Origin: Tubulanus polymorphus
Taxonomy: Eukaryota; Animalia; Nemertea
Direction of reading: 5' to 3'
NCBI RefSeq assembly: GCF_964204645.1
Contig: NC_134026.1
Location: 18,572,150-18,636,149, forward strand
Length of the DNA stretch: 64,000 bases
The notes beneath the pieces are model-generated. The model saw only the letters and a program-made list of their open reading frames with translations, searched no databases and had not been told where the DNA came from. The position numbers and the translations under genes are program-made. Shown in pieces: positions 38,335-50,028 of this stretch (position 1 is the stretch's first letter; each line of letters begins with the position of its first letter).

Positions 38335-41300
38335 GATCCTAAATTTCCGGAATTCCGGATATTTCCGGAAAACTAGCATCTCTGTAGTTGGTCTCCCAGC
38401 ATTTAAGTTCGAAATGTCCTGCTTCTAAGACTGCATTAATTTCTGACGTACGCATCTCTAATTCCGGAATGCTTCGAACACTATCTGCGATATCGTTTAT
38501 GTATCTACAAAGTTTGACGGTTTCCGTAGCATCAGGATATTCGTTCGTGAATTCGTCAGCCGTCATATCCAATGCTATGTTTGCTAAAGCCGGCGACGAT
38601 ACGTTTCCAACGTGAGAACAACTTTCGCATAGATGTCTGGTTCTCTAAACATTTCAAGGTTACGCCATAAGAACCTATGAGTGTGAACATCTACTCCTGG
38701 AGTAACTAGAATCTGATGGTACATTTTCCGCACATCTCCGACTAATGCATACTCATATTCATGCCATCTTATCAACACTGCTAATAAACTATTCAAATGG
38801 TCTCCGCACTTACTGAGATAATCGTTGATCACGTGGCCTTTATAGTTTTCGGCCTGATTGAATACTATTCGACACGGATGAGTCGGCTTTTCTGGTCTGA
38901 TTACTGCATGATCGCTCAGGATAGGACCATCATAATTTTTAATTTCCTCCGGTGACAGTTTTTTCGCGGAGCCAGCTTCAACTAGCTGTTGTACTTGTTC
39001 ATTGTACACATCACCGAATTTGGAATCTTTCAGTAATCGACGTTCAAGTACCTCTATCTTCGCTAATGCTTGGTAATAATTTATTTGGCAATTCCTGCCG
39101 ATCACGTTCCCATGGTAATGGAATTTGCCAACCTTTTTTGTAGCGGATTCGCGAACAATAGCTCCCTCCCTTTTCTTAGTAGCGGTTTTTAATTTTTCTC
39201 CTTTCGCACATTCTTGACAACACCAATTTACGCATACGCCCATTTCTTCCGTTTTCCAAAATCGCAATATGTCTTCCGGATCGTGTATCTGATTTAGGAA
39301 CACGTTGACTTTTTTTGGAATTTTACTATCTTTCAAGCTTGCGCAGCCGAATACAACTCATCCTAAGGTTGTTTCTCGCATTCCAAAATCGCCTTTCTGA
39401 GTGATCGATCCCACATGGAAGTCAACATCGTCTATACCGATAAATATGTCAACTACACCTGTTTCCCGACAGGCATAATCGCTGGAGATACTAAATGTCT
39501 CGCAAATTTCATCAAATCGCGGAGTAATCGAATAACTGCAAATTTTCGGATAGCCAATAGCTTCGATTTTGCTTTTGATGGTACCAGATATGCTTGAAAT
39601 TTCGATCTGATATATTTTCGATGAAGACTGTTGAACTGACTCTCCTACTGTCACTATTTCTAATCCTATGTTCTCCCCGTCTAAATTCAAATCATCCGCA
39701 AAGTCTTGACGCACTAACGTGAGCTGAGAGCGGCTTTTTATAATAAACGGTAGCAGACAATGGTTTTGACTTTTTGGAGTTACAGTTTCCATTTGAAAGG
39801 CTGAATCCAAGAACATGTCTATCGCACTTTTGAGCCCAAACCTCTACTTTTACTTAGTAGCCACTTGAGAACAATAAGCAATTAACGATATCAGCTACTT
39901 TTCCAGTAGTATACATTTCAAAACAGTCACTCTGGAATAGTATTCCTTTCAATTCGGTTGGTTTTCTATAGTGGCTGTTTCGAAGATTCGACTATTGAAA
40001 AGTGACCATTTTGAAACATCTGGTTTCGATAGTGCACACTAGCAGTAGAGGTGACTGTAAAACCACCGGCCTGTTAACAGTGACTTTGTGATAGTAACTC
40101 CTACCATAGCAGCTACTCTCAAAACACATCGTTTCTAAAAGTCAACTATTGAAAAGTGACCATTTTGAGATCGCTTGCCAGATTCCCTGTTATAAATACA
40201 CTGTAGCAACATATGCTTCAGATTTGCAGTGATACGTGACAATATAAACATACTGAGAAACTCTACTCACGCTATAGTTTGGGGTATAGTTCTATTAAAG
40301 AGTGACTCAGTTGAGATCTGAAGATATTGTAGATACTATCTTTGAGGATGTGAAATGTAATGAGCGATTCCCAACTCTCAATTGGAGTTAAATTTGTTTA
40401 CAAATTGTCAATAGTTATGTAGTTTTAAGATAAATCAAAATCGAAATCCTTCTTTTCATGGCGATGTAATTGAATAAAGAATTCAATTTGAACAAATGCA
40501 GCTATTTTCAAGCATAGGTCTGCATTTATTTTTGATTTAAATTCTTAGATTAAAAGCGCAAAAATTCAGGCTAACCTCTCATTATTGAAATGGTGGTTTA
40601 TCTTCAACGGGGGCCTGGATGTCTTTGCATCTTAAATTAAGATGTGCATTTCGGAGTGTTCGAATTTCCCTGAATTCTAATTTTGCGAAATCATTGATTT
40701 TTTTCAAACAAAATATGCTATATCCATGTGGATTTTTAACATTCTAAAGAAATCATCTAAATTGTGCCCATATTAGATCGAATTTAATAGAAGAAACTTT
40801 GTATGGTATTCAAGATTTCATTTGCTAAAGGCCTTTGGTGATCGTCCCTGGGGTCATGAATGAAGAAATCCCGTAATAGAATTTTAAATATTATAAAATT
40901 TGTTAAGGTGAAACCGCAGCGTTTTGACTGTAGACTAACAGCCATCATCAGGTGGAATGTAGACATTCCTAGTGATAAGGGCTTTTAGTAAGATGGCTGT
41001 CAGTCAACAGCTGAAACGTTGTGGTTTAACTATAATAAATTTCATGATACAAAATTCTATTGTGGAATTTCTTCATTTGTCTACAGTTAACACGCTTTAG
41101 AGTATTTTATTCGACTTCTTCGGGTCCTGTAGCCGTTTAGATCGAAAATTATTTACTAATCGGCAAAGAAGGGATATAAAACCGTGTTGGTCGCTATGAG
41201 AGGGATTCCCTGTATATCTGCACCTTAAAATGGTTCCTTTGTTAGTTCTAGCTCACATTCACTTCCAAATTCAAGTATTGGTAACGTTGGTTTACGATAA

Positions 41301-43985
41301 TTTGAGAAAAAGAGTTTAGTTGGAGAAAACTGATAATTCAGTTAATGAGTTAACTGATAATCTTATAATTCAGCGATCATTGGTTCATCGATTCAGCGAA
41401 GTTCAAACACCGTACATTTTGGCATGTTATTGTATTGGCACCTTGAAATAAAGTTTCATAGAGATATTGCGGTGCTAAGTTTATCAATATTAAGAGGTAA
41501 TTACTTTTGGTTTGTGGTCTTTTGGTGGCCAATGCAGTTTGTTCATTCGTTCATCAATCACTGTCTAGTTAGCCAGTGTAATTGACCTGCTGACCGATAG
41601 CTGCTGCTGGGTTTTTGATAACCTATATAAACAATTTACTCAACAAAGTGGGAAAGTATGTGAAACTAGAATTACAGCATATTGCATTTCTTTCACATCT
41701 TAAGCCAAAAGAAGTTTTCTCTATCAAATGAAATTGCTGACTTCAAAATTACGTGAACATCTCAACACTGCACTTTTATACGCTAATCGTTTGATCTTTT
41801 ATAATAAGTTGGTAATTTCATTTCAACCAAACTGTATAACTACGAAATAAGATTTTGATTATGGTATCATTTCTAGCAAGCGATAAAATGATTCAATATT
41901 CATTAACGAACAAGCAGAGAACAGTGTGACAAAGTGAACATCACATGGATTATTTAAAAATCGTTTGTATCGAAATAAACAATTAATTCAAGGTTAATTC
42001 TAAGTATTTTAGATACATTTTTGAACATATGATTTTATTTGTATATTCCTCTCTCATATACCCTTAAAAACAAATTAAGCCTAAGAGACAAATTTATTTT
42101 TTTGTCATGTCTTTCTTTTCTACAAAATCAAAGATTTATGAACGTACCAGAATGTTTTATAATCGCAAATGTAAAGAATTCTAGGACTGGCACTATATTT
42201 TAGTATTAATGGATTTAATCCATGATGATGTTATATGAATGAATAGTTTTCCATTTTGTTGAGCGTAATATAATTTAGGGGATTCTTAGCATCTCAAAAA
42301 CTTTGATTTTTTATTCACAGAACTGTATTCAAAGCATACAGAGTTCTGTACACAAAGCATATAGGGTTTAACAGTACCTTTGAACCTGTCACGTATCACT
42401 GCAAATCTTTAACAGATGCTGCTATTTTGAACAGGAAATAACCATGCCATCTCAAAATGGTCACTTTTCAATAGTTGACTTTTAGAAACGATGTGATTTG
42501 AGAGTAGCTGCTATGGTAGGAGTTACTATCACTAAGTCACTGTTAACAGGCGGGTGGTTTTACAGTCACCTCTACTGCTAGTGTGCACTATCGAAACCAG
42601 ATGTTTCAAAATGGTCACTTTTCAATAGTAGACTCTTCAAAACAGCCACTATAGAAAACCAACTAAATTGAAAGGAATACTATTTCAGAGTGACTGTTTT
42701 GAAATGTATACTACTGGAAAAGTAGCTGATATCGTTAATTGCTTATTGTTCTCAAGTGGCTACTAAGTAAAAGTAGACGTTTGGGCTCAAAAGTGAGATA
42801 GACATGTTCTTGGATTCAGCCTTTCATTTGTTCCACTGTTAGCGTTACGGTTAGCGACAAAATCAGCTCCATGCAGCATAGGGTGGTGTGAGTATTTGCA
42901 CGGTTCTCCCCCTGTGGTGCCGGTGCACTTGATCTTTCTGATTTTACAAGGCAGACGATGTTTTCGAAGGCAGAAGTAACAAGCGTAGTTTTTCCTAACT
43001 TCATCCAGACATTCGTTAACTGACAACGCTTTGAAGCCTGAGCACACCTTGGTTTTGTGCCCTGTAGATTTGCAAAACCAACAAAACGGTTGTGGTTTGG
43101 TCGGAACGGGTGATTGTGCAACTAATACCTCACCAACCTCGTTAGTTTCAGATGCCGTCTCCTGAACATACACCGAACCGGACCTTTTAGTAGTATTTGA
43201 ACGGATAACCGCACCCGCAAGTTTTCTGATCTGTATTTGCACCCACATCCAATCACTTAAACTATTTATGTTTGGAGCAACATTGTTTTTAATCTGGTGT
43301 TCGGCCCATTTGAGTTTATCTGACATGCAGAGTTTACATTCTAGAACGCCTAGCGTAGTCGAATTGTCCAAATCTCCATGTCGGTTCATCTCAGACATGA
43401 TATTGTCTGCTTTTATGATTTTGTGGTACAAGTCTATGAATTTCGAGTAGTCATCTTCATTAAGGGGTCTAATTTTATCCAAGTTCCCGATAATCTGATC
43501 ACTCGTTTCCCGCGTGTTCCCATACACTGCATCAAGTTTCTCCCATGCACTACTTTACGATGATAGACCTTCAATCCATTTTTTCGACCCAGAGTTTTCA
43601 AGCGCTTTGACAAGAAGATATAACATATCGCTTTCATTTTCTTCTCCTAACCTGGGTTCGACTTTTTCTCTCCATTCCTGTTTAAAGGTCAAATAGTCAT
43701 CGAAATTTCCGGAAAATTTGGGCATGGGCATTTTTTCCATCATCATTGGTTTATGCTTAACATTTGATGCACCGACATATATGGTGTTGACATCCCCTGG
43801 TTTGATTAAATTGACCTTAGTTCTTTGTTTTTTAATTTCATGGGTATGACGCTCACGGAGAACTGCAAGGTATTCAGATTCGAATCGTTTTCTGAAAGAT
43901 TCGAGTATTTTCGAGTAAAGGCCATTCTTTCTAGTCTTACGATTTGGGTGCCGAAATTAGCATTTAAGAACTCGCTTTCGTCTAT
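38335..43985 (-). mobile_element. BEL/Pao retrotransposon A (gag 42830-43985; protease/RT 38335-39790), interrupted by the 39795-42825 insertion
   Basis: MPKFSGNFDDYLTFKQEW; triple Cys-His gag knuckles CWFC..H, CYFCLRKH, C..HHPMLH; VDIFIGID; FWKTEEMG; HAVIRPEK..CRIVFN; GDVRKMYHQI; HRFLWR; degenerate YINDIADS. Confidence 0.9.
39795..42825. mobile_element. Non-autonomous DNA transposon, ~377-bp TIRs, probable 4-bp ATTT TSD (Sola1-like)
   Basis: GAAAGGCTGAATCC... (39795-40171) is the reverse complement of 42450-42825; ATTT on both flanks (39791-94, 42826-29). No transposase ORF inside. Confidence 0.88.
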
Positions 43986-43989
43986 GTCT

Positions 43990-45747
43990 TTGTTGGGTAT
44001 GATGGAGATATATTATTTTAGAACATTTGCATTGACTTGATATTGAATTGCATTTGGATTTTGAAGGCTTACCTGACCTGTCTCTAACAACACAACGTTT
44101 TCGTCTGTAGCTATGGCTTGTGTGACCTCGTCGGTCTTTGCCGTATCGGTGTTCGATTGTATTTGATCGCGTTTATCACTTGATATTATAACCTCGTTGG
44201 TTATGTGTGTTTTCCCGCCACTAGAGTATTCGGAACCCGTAGTTTCGCAAGTTGCTTCGGCTTATCGTATCGTGTATCGCGGTTGTCGAAGTTGAGGCAT
44301 TTGGACCTCTGGTTGTCGTTTCGCTTGGATTTCGGTGTACGTTCATAAGTTCGGTTCCCTCCATGAAGTGCTGTGTGGTGTTGACGGTTGCATTTCTGAC
44401 ATCTGCCTGGGTTTCTGCATTCTCTCACTGCGTGGTTATATTTCAGACTATTAAAACGAAGTTTTCGGCTTGTAGCCGCTGCTTGACGTTGCTCGGCATT
44501 CAGCGAGCACTGTAGCAGTCTGTGTTTACCGCTGCATAGTTGACATGCATATTTCACGAATTTGTTTGCATGGGAGACGAAAGCTTCAGTAGTAGATAAA
44601 CTGGTGTTACCTGAACGGTTATCAATGTTCTGCTCTCCCATGTTCTGCATGTGTTCCCGGTATGATTTGAGGAACAATTGAAGATCGAAGTCATCGGTTT
44701 GTCCTGACGTGCCCATTTTATCTCGCATTAGTTTGGGTAGTCTTCGTTCGATTATCGGTTCAACGAATGCGGCACAGTCCTCGATTTCAACGCCGAGATG
44801 TTCGAGTGATTGGATGTCACCGTTAAATTGGTTGTAGAATTTTGATAACGACCTGAAGTCATATCTCGGTGTCTGCGCATCGAGAATGTTGTTAACGTGC
44901 GCCCGGATGATTCTTTGTTTTTGACCGAAGGTCTCGCTCAAGATGGAAGTTAAAGTGTTCAAATTATCATCTGATGCATGTATCCCGATTACTGCATCGC
45001 AGGCTGGTCCACGGAGCTGGCTCATTATGTAATTGAATTTGGTGACATCGTTGTTGTCTGTCTTCAAAACGTCGGCCTCGATTGTTTCCTTGAATGCGGT
45101 CCAGTTAGTGAACTGACCGTCAAACGTCGGTAGAGATAATTTCGGTAATTTCGCTGTAGACTGGTTTGAATAAACATGGTTGAATGATGTATCCGATGCT
45201 CGGTCACTTACATCGCTTGAGTTCTCTTCTAAGATCAGCTTGAGTTCGTTTATTTCGGCACGGTATCTAACTCACGATCTGTGTTTTTATCTTGCGCGTC
45301 TTCATTCTCATGAATCATAAGTTCCCTGTTTAGCTCGCAGTATTTCTGGAATTGCGTCTCCAGAAATTCTAGGTTGTTGGCTATCTTTCTGATATCTTCT
45401 TTCGATATCGTTTCTTGCTTTGTAATGGCATCTGCTTCGTTGAATGTTCTTGTGAATTGTCGTTGGAGTTTTGATCGCTGTTTTTTTAAGTCTTCTAGAT
45501 CCGCCATCGTGATCGTCTAGTCTTCTTTCTGGTTGGTGATTTTCAGTGAGTATTAGATCCTGGTCACGGCACCATGTGAAAGTGTGTGACCGTGTGTGTG
45601 ACTTGAAGTCAGCTTGGAGTAGATCAACACAACCCGAACGCTTGAATTGCAAACTAATACTGAAGTTTATTTCATCCCATAAAGTCAGATTATCATTGCA
45701 TGGGCATGCGTAGTACCATAGCTCATGGTCAACCCACGTACGTAACA
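43990..45747 (-). mobile_element. BEL/Pao retrotransposon B: short 5' LTR (45575-45747), tRNA-His PBS (45557-45574), gag (DUF1759-like), truncated before the protease
   Basis: Minus-strand TGGTGCCGTGACCAGGAT directly after the LTR's CA end; KLPKLSLPTFDG..W..F, KFNYIMSQLRGPA, CQLCSGKH, CQKCNRQHHTALH. Confidence 0.88.
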
Positions 45748-45799
45748 CAAACTCTTACAAGGTGTTTCCGTTCTGTAATGAATGGTTTCCGGACATCTA

Positions 45800-46300
45800 G
45801 AATTGCATGGTAGGATGAGATGACTCTAAATTAAGATAATACAGATGTTAATTCTCGAGACCACCCATGCTCAAACTCGTCAGCTAAGATTAACTTCTGC
45901 CTTTCTTTTAAAATGTCTATACCGGCATCTAAATTTTTCGCGGCTTCTATGATGAATCCGTTTCCCATCCTTCATCAATTCGGTGACAGCCTGCGAGGCT
46001 GAATCTAGCCGATTCAAACATTTCTTATTCACAGTCCACTGCTCCTCGTGCGATTTCTTGTTGAAGTTCGGCGGTCGTTCTGCTTTACCTCCGCTAGAGT
46101 AGGCCAACTGTTGGAAATCTCAATTTGCCTTTTAATTTCTCTGATTTTTTCTGATACTGACGAGTCTATTCTCGCAAACAACGCTTCAATAGAAATAGCA
46201 CTAGTTGTAGACTGTGACCCTGTCGGAACAGCAGATTTCACCGGTCTTTCTGACGCCATTCTCCACGCCCCCGTTAAAAATACCAAAAACAAAATCTTCG
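45800..46300 (-). pseudogene. DIRS-type gag fragment
   Basis: FNKKSHEEQWTVNKK..KERQKLILADEFEHGW resembles DIRS gag; frameshifted. Confidence 0.65.
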
Positions 46301-46511
46301 CGTAAGACATATTTGATGTGCTCAAACTGCGCTGCAGACCTAGAATGAACAACATCCCCAAATAAGCCTATCCCCAAGACTTGTAATTACCATAAATACA
46401 CACTTTTTCTACCATTGGCTAAACCCCCCCCCCCACCAAAACTACACCCCTCATAACCGAAAAACTCACTTCCCAGTGGCGGCAAAAACCTACTACAAGA
46501 ATATAAGACAA

Positions 46512-47435
46512 CACTTTCTACACTGTGTGCCGAATGAAAGTTATAATTGTTTTAGCACACTCTAAAAACTGAGAACACGTGTGAACACAAAATTAGAACA
46601 TAAAAAGTGGGACACATTTTAGAACACTTTTCCCCCAGAACACGAGAATCAGAACGCGGATCAACCTTCCAGAAGCACGTGCATCACATCTAGAACCAAC
46701 AATCAGTAATATTGAACCCTTTGATATCCAAAAGGGTCGATCTGAAATTGATCCCGTAGAATTTACTCATTTCTTGTCTTTCGGGTCCATTGAGACCATC
46801 GAGATATGCACATCTTGCAATATTTTCATCTTTATCTCTCATTTCTGTGTCATCATTGTGGAAACAAATGTTCAACAAATCGCTTCTCGCATAATCTGCA
46901 TGGTTTTCTGGCTCCCCCTACACCCTCTTTAAATCCACCAACTTCATTTGATGCTGGTGTATCAGCAGTGTGGCACTTTCTACACTGTGTGCCGAATGAA
47001 AGTTATAATTGTTTTAGCACACTCTAAAAACTGAGAACACGTGTGAACACAAAATTAGAACATAAAAAGTGGGACACATTTTAGAACACTTTTCCCCCAG
47101 AACACGAGAATCAGAACGCGGATCAACCTTCCAGAAGCACGTGCATCACATCTAGAACCAACAATCAGTAATATTGAACCCTTTGATATCCAAAAGGGTC
47201 GATCTGAAATTGATCCCGTAGAATTTACTCATTTCTTGTCTTTCGGGTCCATTGAGACCATCGAGATATGCACATCTTGCAATATTTTCATCTTTATCTC
47301 TCATTTCTGTGTCATCATTGTGGAAACAAATGTTCAACAAATCGCTTCTCGCATAATCTGCATGGTTTTCTGGCTCCCCCTACACCCTCTTTAAATCCAC
47401 CAACTTCATTTGATGCTGGTGTATCAGCAGTGTGG
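46512..47435. repeat. Exact-looking 462-bp tandem duplication (46512-46973, 46974-47435)
   Basis: The two units read identically by eye, with CA microhomology at the junction; each contains a CACTC terminus and part of the EnSpm transposase. Confidence 0.95.
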
Positions 47436-48480
47436 CAAATTAATGCTCCCTTCGTATGATATTGCCCAGTGTCTAATCGAAATGTATGACCCTCATATAA
47501 AACATTTAAATCATGTACAAAATTAGACGGTAGTTTCTATCATATCTATTAATGTTGACCCTCCTTGCTACAGCGACCAGCATAATACATGGTAATCTTG
47601 ACCGGAATTAAGGGGGGTATATTACATAACATTACATAGAAAATGACTCCTTTATGCTTTTTAGTATGGTTACCAATAGGGTTAACAATTTCTATATCAT
47701 GACAATATGCTAGGAGAGCTAGGGCATTAGGGTTCCCGCTGAAAATAGGATGGGTTTTCATGAAATGGCCACCACACGTGTCACGCAAATATTCATCTTC
47801 ACTGAGATGCCCAGAATCGACAAACTTCTTTACTTCAGGCTGGTTAATCAAATTCCTAATTGTTTCAAGTAATGGAATATAATATGCAACTGAAGGCACC
47901 CTCTTATAACGGTATTTCCCTTTGTACTTTTAACTGATTTTTTTAACTGATAACCTAAGACAACTTCTACGGGTTCGATAATATCAAATACTTATTGTTT
48001 ACTGAAATACTTATTCTGAGTACGATTTGAGACCTTCAAACATATCACTTCTGAAACACTTGTCAACGCCAAGTCTTTCTTCTTCAGTTAGATTTAGAAG
48101 TTGGTTAAGGAGCCTTTCCTTTGTAATGTTGTTCAAATTATGTACCAAATGCTCGACGTTTTCAATAATGCTCAACGTAGTCTGACGAGTCAGGTTAGCC
48201 CCTTCCCGTAAGCTGAGTAAAAACTGTCCTATGTGCTTCTTGGACTATGGACTGGGTGGATTTCATTAATACAATTTTGTATTTCCATCAACTGATCATC
48301 TTCATTGAAGTTATCATTTTCTACAATGCCTAGATTTCTGTGATTTTTTTCATGTCTATGATGCTGACTTATGTGGCTCCGATAGGAAGAAAAATTTGAA
48401 TATGTAGCACCACAGACCTGACTCATCTTGAAATTTGGAGAATTTTTGTGTTTTGCAAGTAAATGCTTTTGAAAACTGGC
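46558..48480 (-). mobile_element. EnSpm/CACTA transposon remnant
   Basis: Terminus CACTCTAAAAA (46558, 47020) with AGAACAC subterminal repeats; CGATYSNFSSYRSHISQHH, YIPLLETI, LLAYCHDIEIVNPIG, ADTPASNEVGGF..PCRLC, YGINFRS, DVMHVLLEG. Confidence 0.85.
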
Positions 48481-49752
48481 ATCATCATAACTAGTATAAT
48501 TACAAACACTACAACGCCAGCCCTTATTTACTTTACATCCAAGTGGCTAATATTAGGCACACACTTCTTGAAGTCAGATGTGAATGTTGAGATGATATCA
48601 CCCGCCGAAATTTGGCTCCACACAAAAAAAGAAGAAAAAAATGGTTTCTGTAATTCTAAATCGAATTTTGTAGAAATAGTTTAACAGTTCTAAGAAGTAG
48701 GCCGATTTTACAGTTAGGCCTGGTGTTACAATTAGGATATTTCGGCGTACACTTATCTCAAATTGATCAAATAGAACCTACAACGTATTTCCAGGAAAAT
48801 CAGAAAATGCAATGTAAATAATACGGTTTGAGGGGAGATTCATTTTAGTGGCACTGATGTCGTATCTCTCACATGCATATCTCTGTCGGTTGCTTTTTTC
48901 ATAAGGAGTTGAGAGTTAGTGATCTAGTAATAGATGGGGAAATCTGGCGCCGTACGGTAAAGATGAGCTTTGCACACAACTGCCACATCGAATAAGTCCC
49001 CTGTCATCGATGAAGATTTTCAGTTGTTTGACCAGGTGACCGCGTTTGAGTTTCTGATCCGTCAATTGATTTAATTCAGATTTAAAGTATGTTTCCTGTA
49101 ATTCAATGACCCATTTGTTTTCTGCTGTTTTCATTTCATCGGCGGTGAGTTCCCCGCCAATCCTATTGGCCGGGTGCCTCAGATTATGTAAATATCTGAG
49201 GAAATTAGCGGTTACACGCACGAGTTCGGTCAATTATCCATATTTTTCTGGATCAATGATCTTTAAGATACCCGCTTTCTCTTAACTGTTCATGTTGTAT
49301 CGATATGGTAGTCTCGTTGACAGTTTCATCGGTTTTAATTTCGTTATCGGCTTGAAATCGCGAGACTGGCCAATCGCCAACTTCCAACCAGTCGGGCCCG
49401 TACCACCATAGTGTTGAATTAACCAGTTATCGAGTGCAGGGTTCATTGTGTCACTGCTGACAAAAAGTCACTGCTATTCACTGCCAATGAAAAGTCAAAT
49501 TCACTGCCATTTGGATACCTAGTAAAGACATGTTACCAAAAGACTACGGATAGAGCCAAAACAATCAAACACCCGCTGAAGAACCAAAAAGCACCAACTA
49601 GGTATATTCGCATAATACTTCATTTATTAAACTTGAACTGCTTTTGATTGTCTTCTCATTATAAGGCTTAAAAAGCCAATTAAAATCTAAATGACATAAA
49701 GCCATAAAAAGCCATAACAACCACTTTTCTACAGTAAAAATAATACATGTTC

Positions 49753-49935
49753 AATATACAAGAGAAATCCAACAATAAATGAGCCAAAGATGAAAAGTTC
49801 TTGAATACACGAGTATATGTCGAGGCGTCAAGCGTACTGATGATGGCTAAAGTCTTAATGTTGCTCAATATGTACTAGTCTAATCAAGAACTTTTCATCT
49901 TTTGCTCATTTATTGTGGGATTTCTCTTGTATATT
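49753..49935. repeat. ~52-bp inverted repeat with ~80-bp spacer (MITE-like) inside the hAT 3' region
   Basis: AATATACAAGAGAAATCC...GTTCTTGA vs TCAAGAAC...GATTTCTCTTGTATATT; CATGTT on both flanks. Confidence 0.85.
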
Positions 49936-50028
49936 CATGTTACGCGGATATTGTGTATCATCTTGATTCGTACATGTTCAATAATACAATAAGCACATGA
50001 AACAAAATTAAAAATTTCGGTAAAAATT

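Noticed and set aside
39790-39816. MFLDSAFQ as the aspartic-protease active site of BEL-A
   Set aside because: These codons come from the inserted element's TIR; the true DSG motif appears deleted.
45557-45574. tRNA-His gene (also 54290-54307)
   Set aside because: Only the 18-nt 3'-end match next to an LTR, i.e. a primer-binding site.
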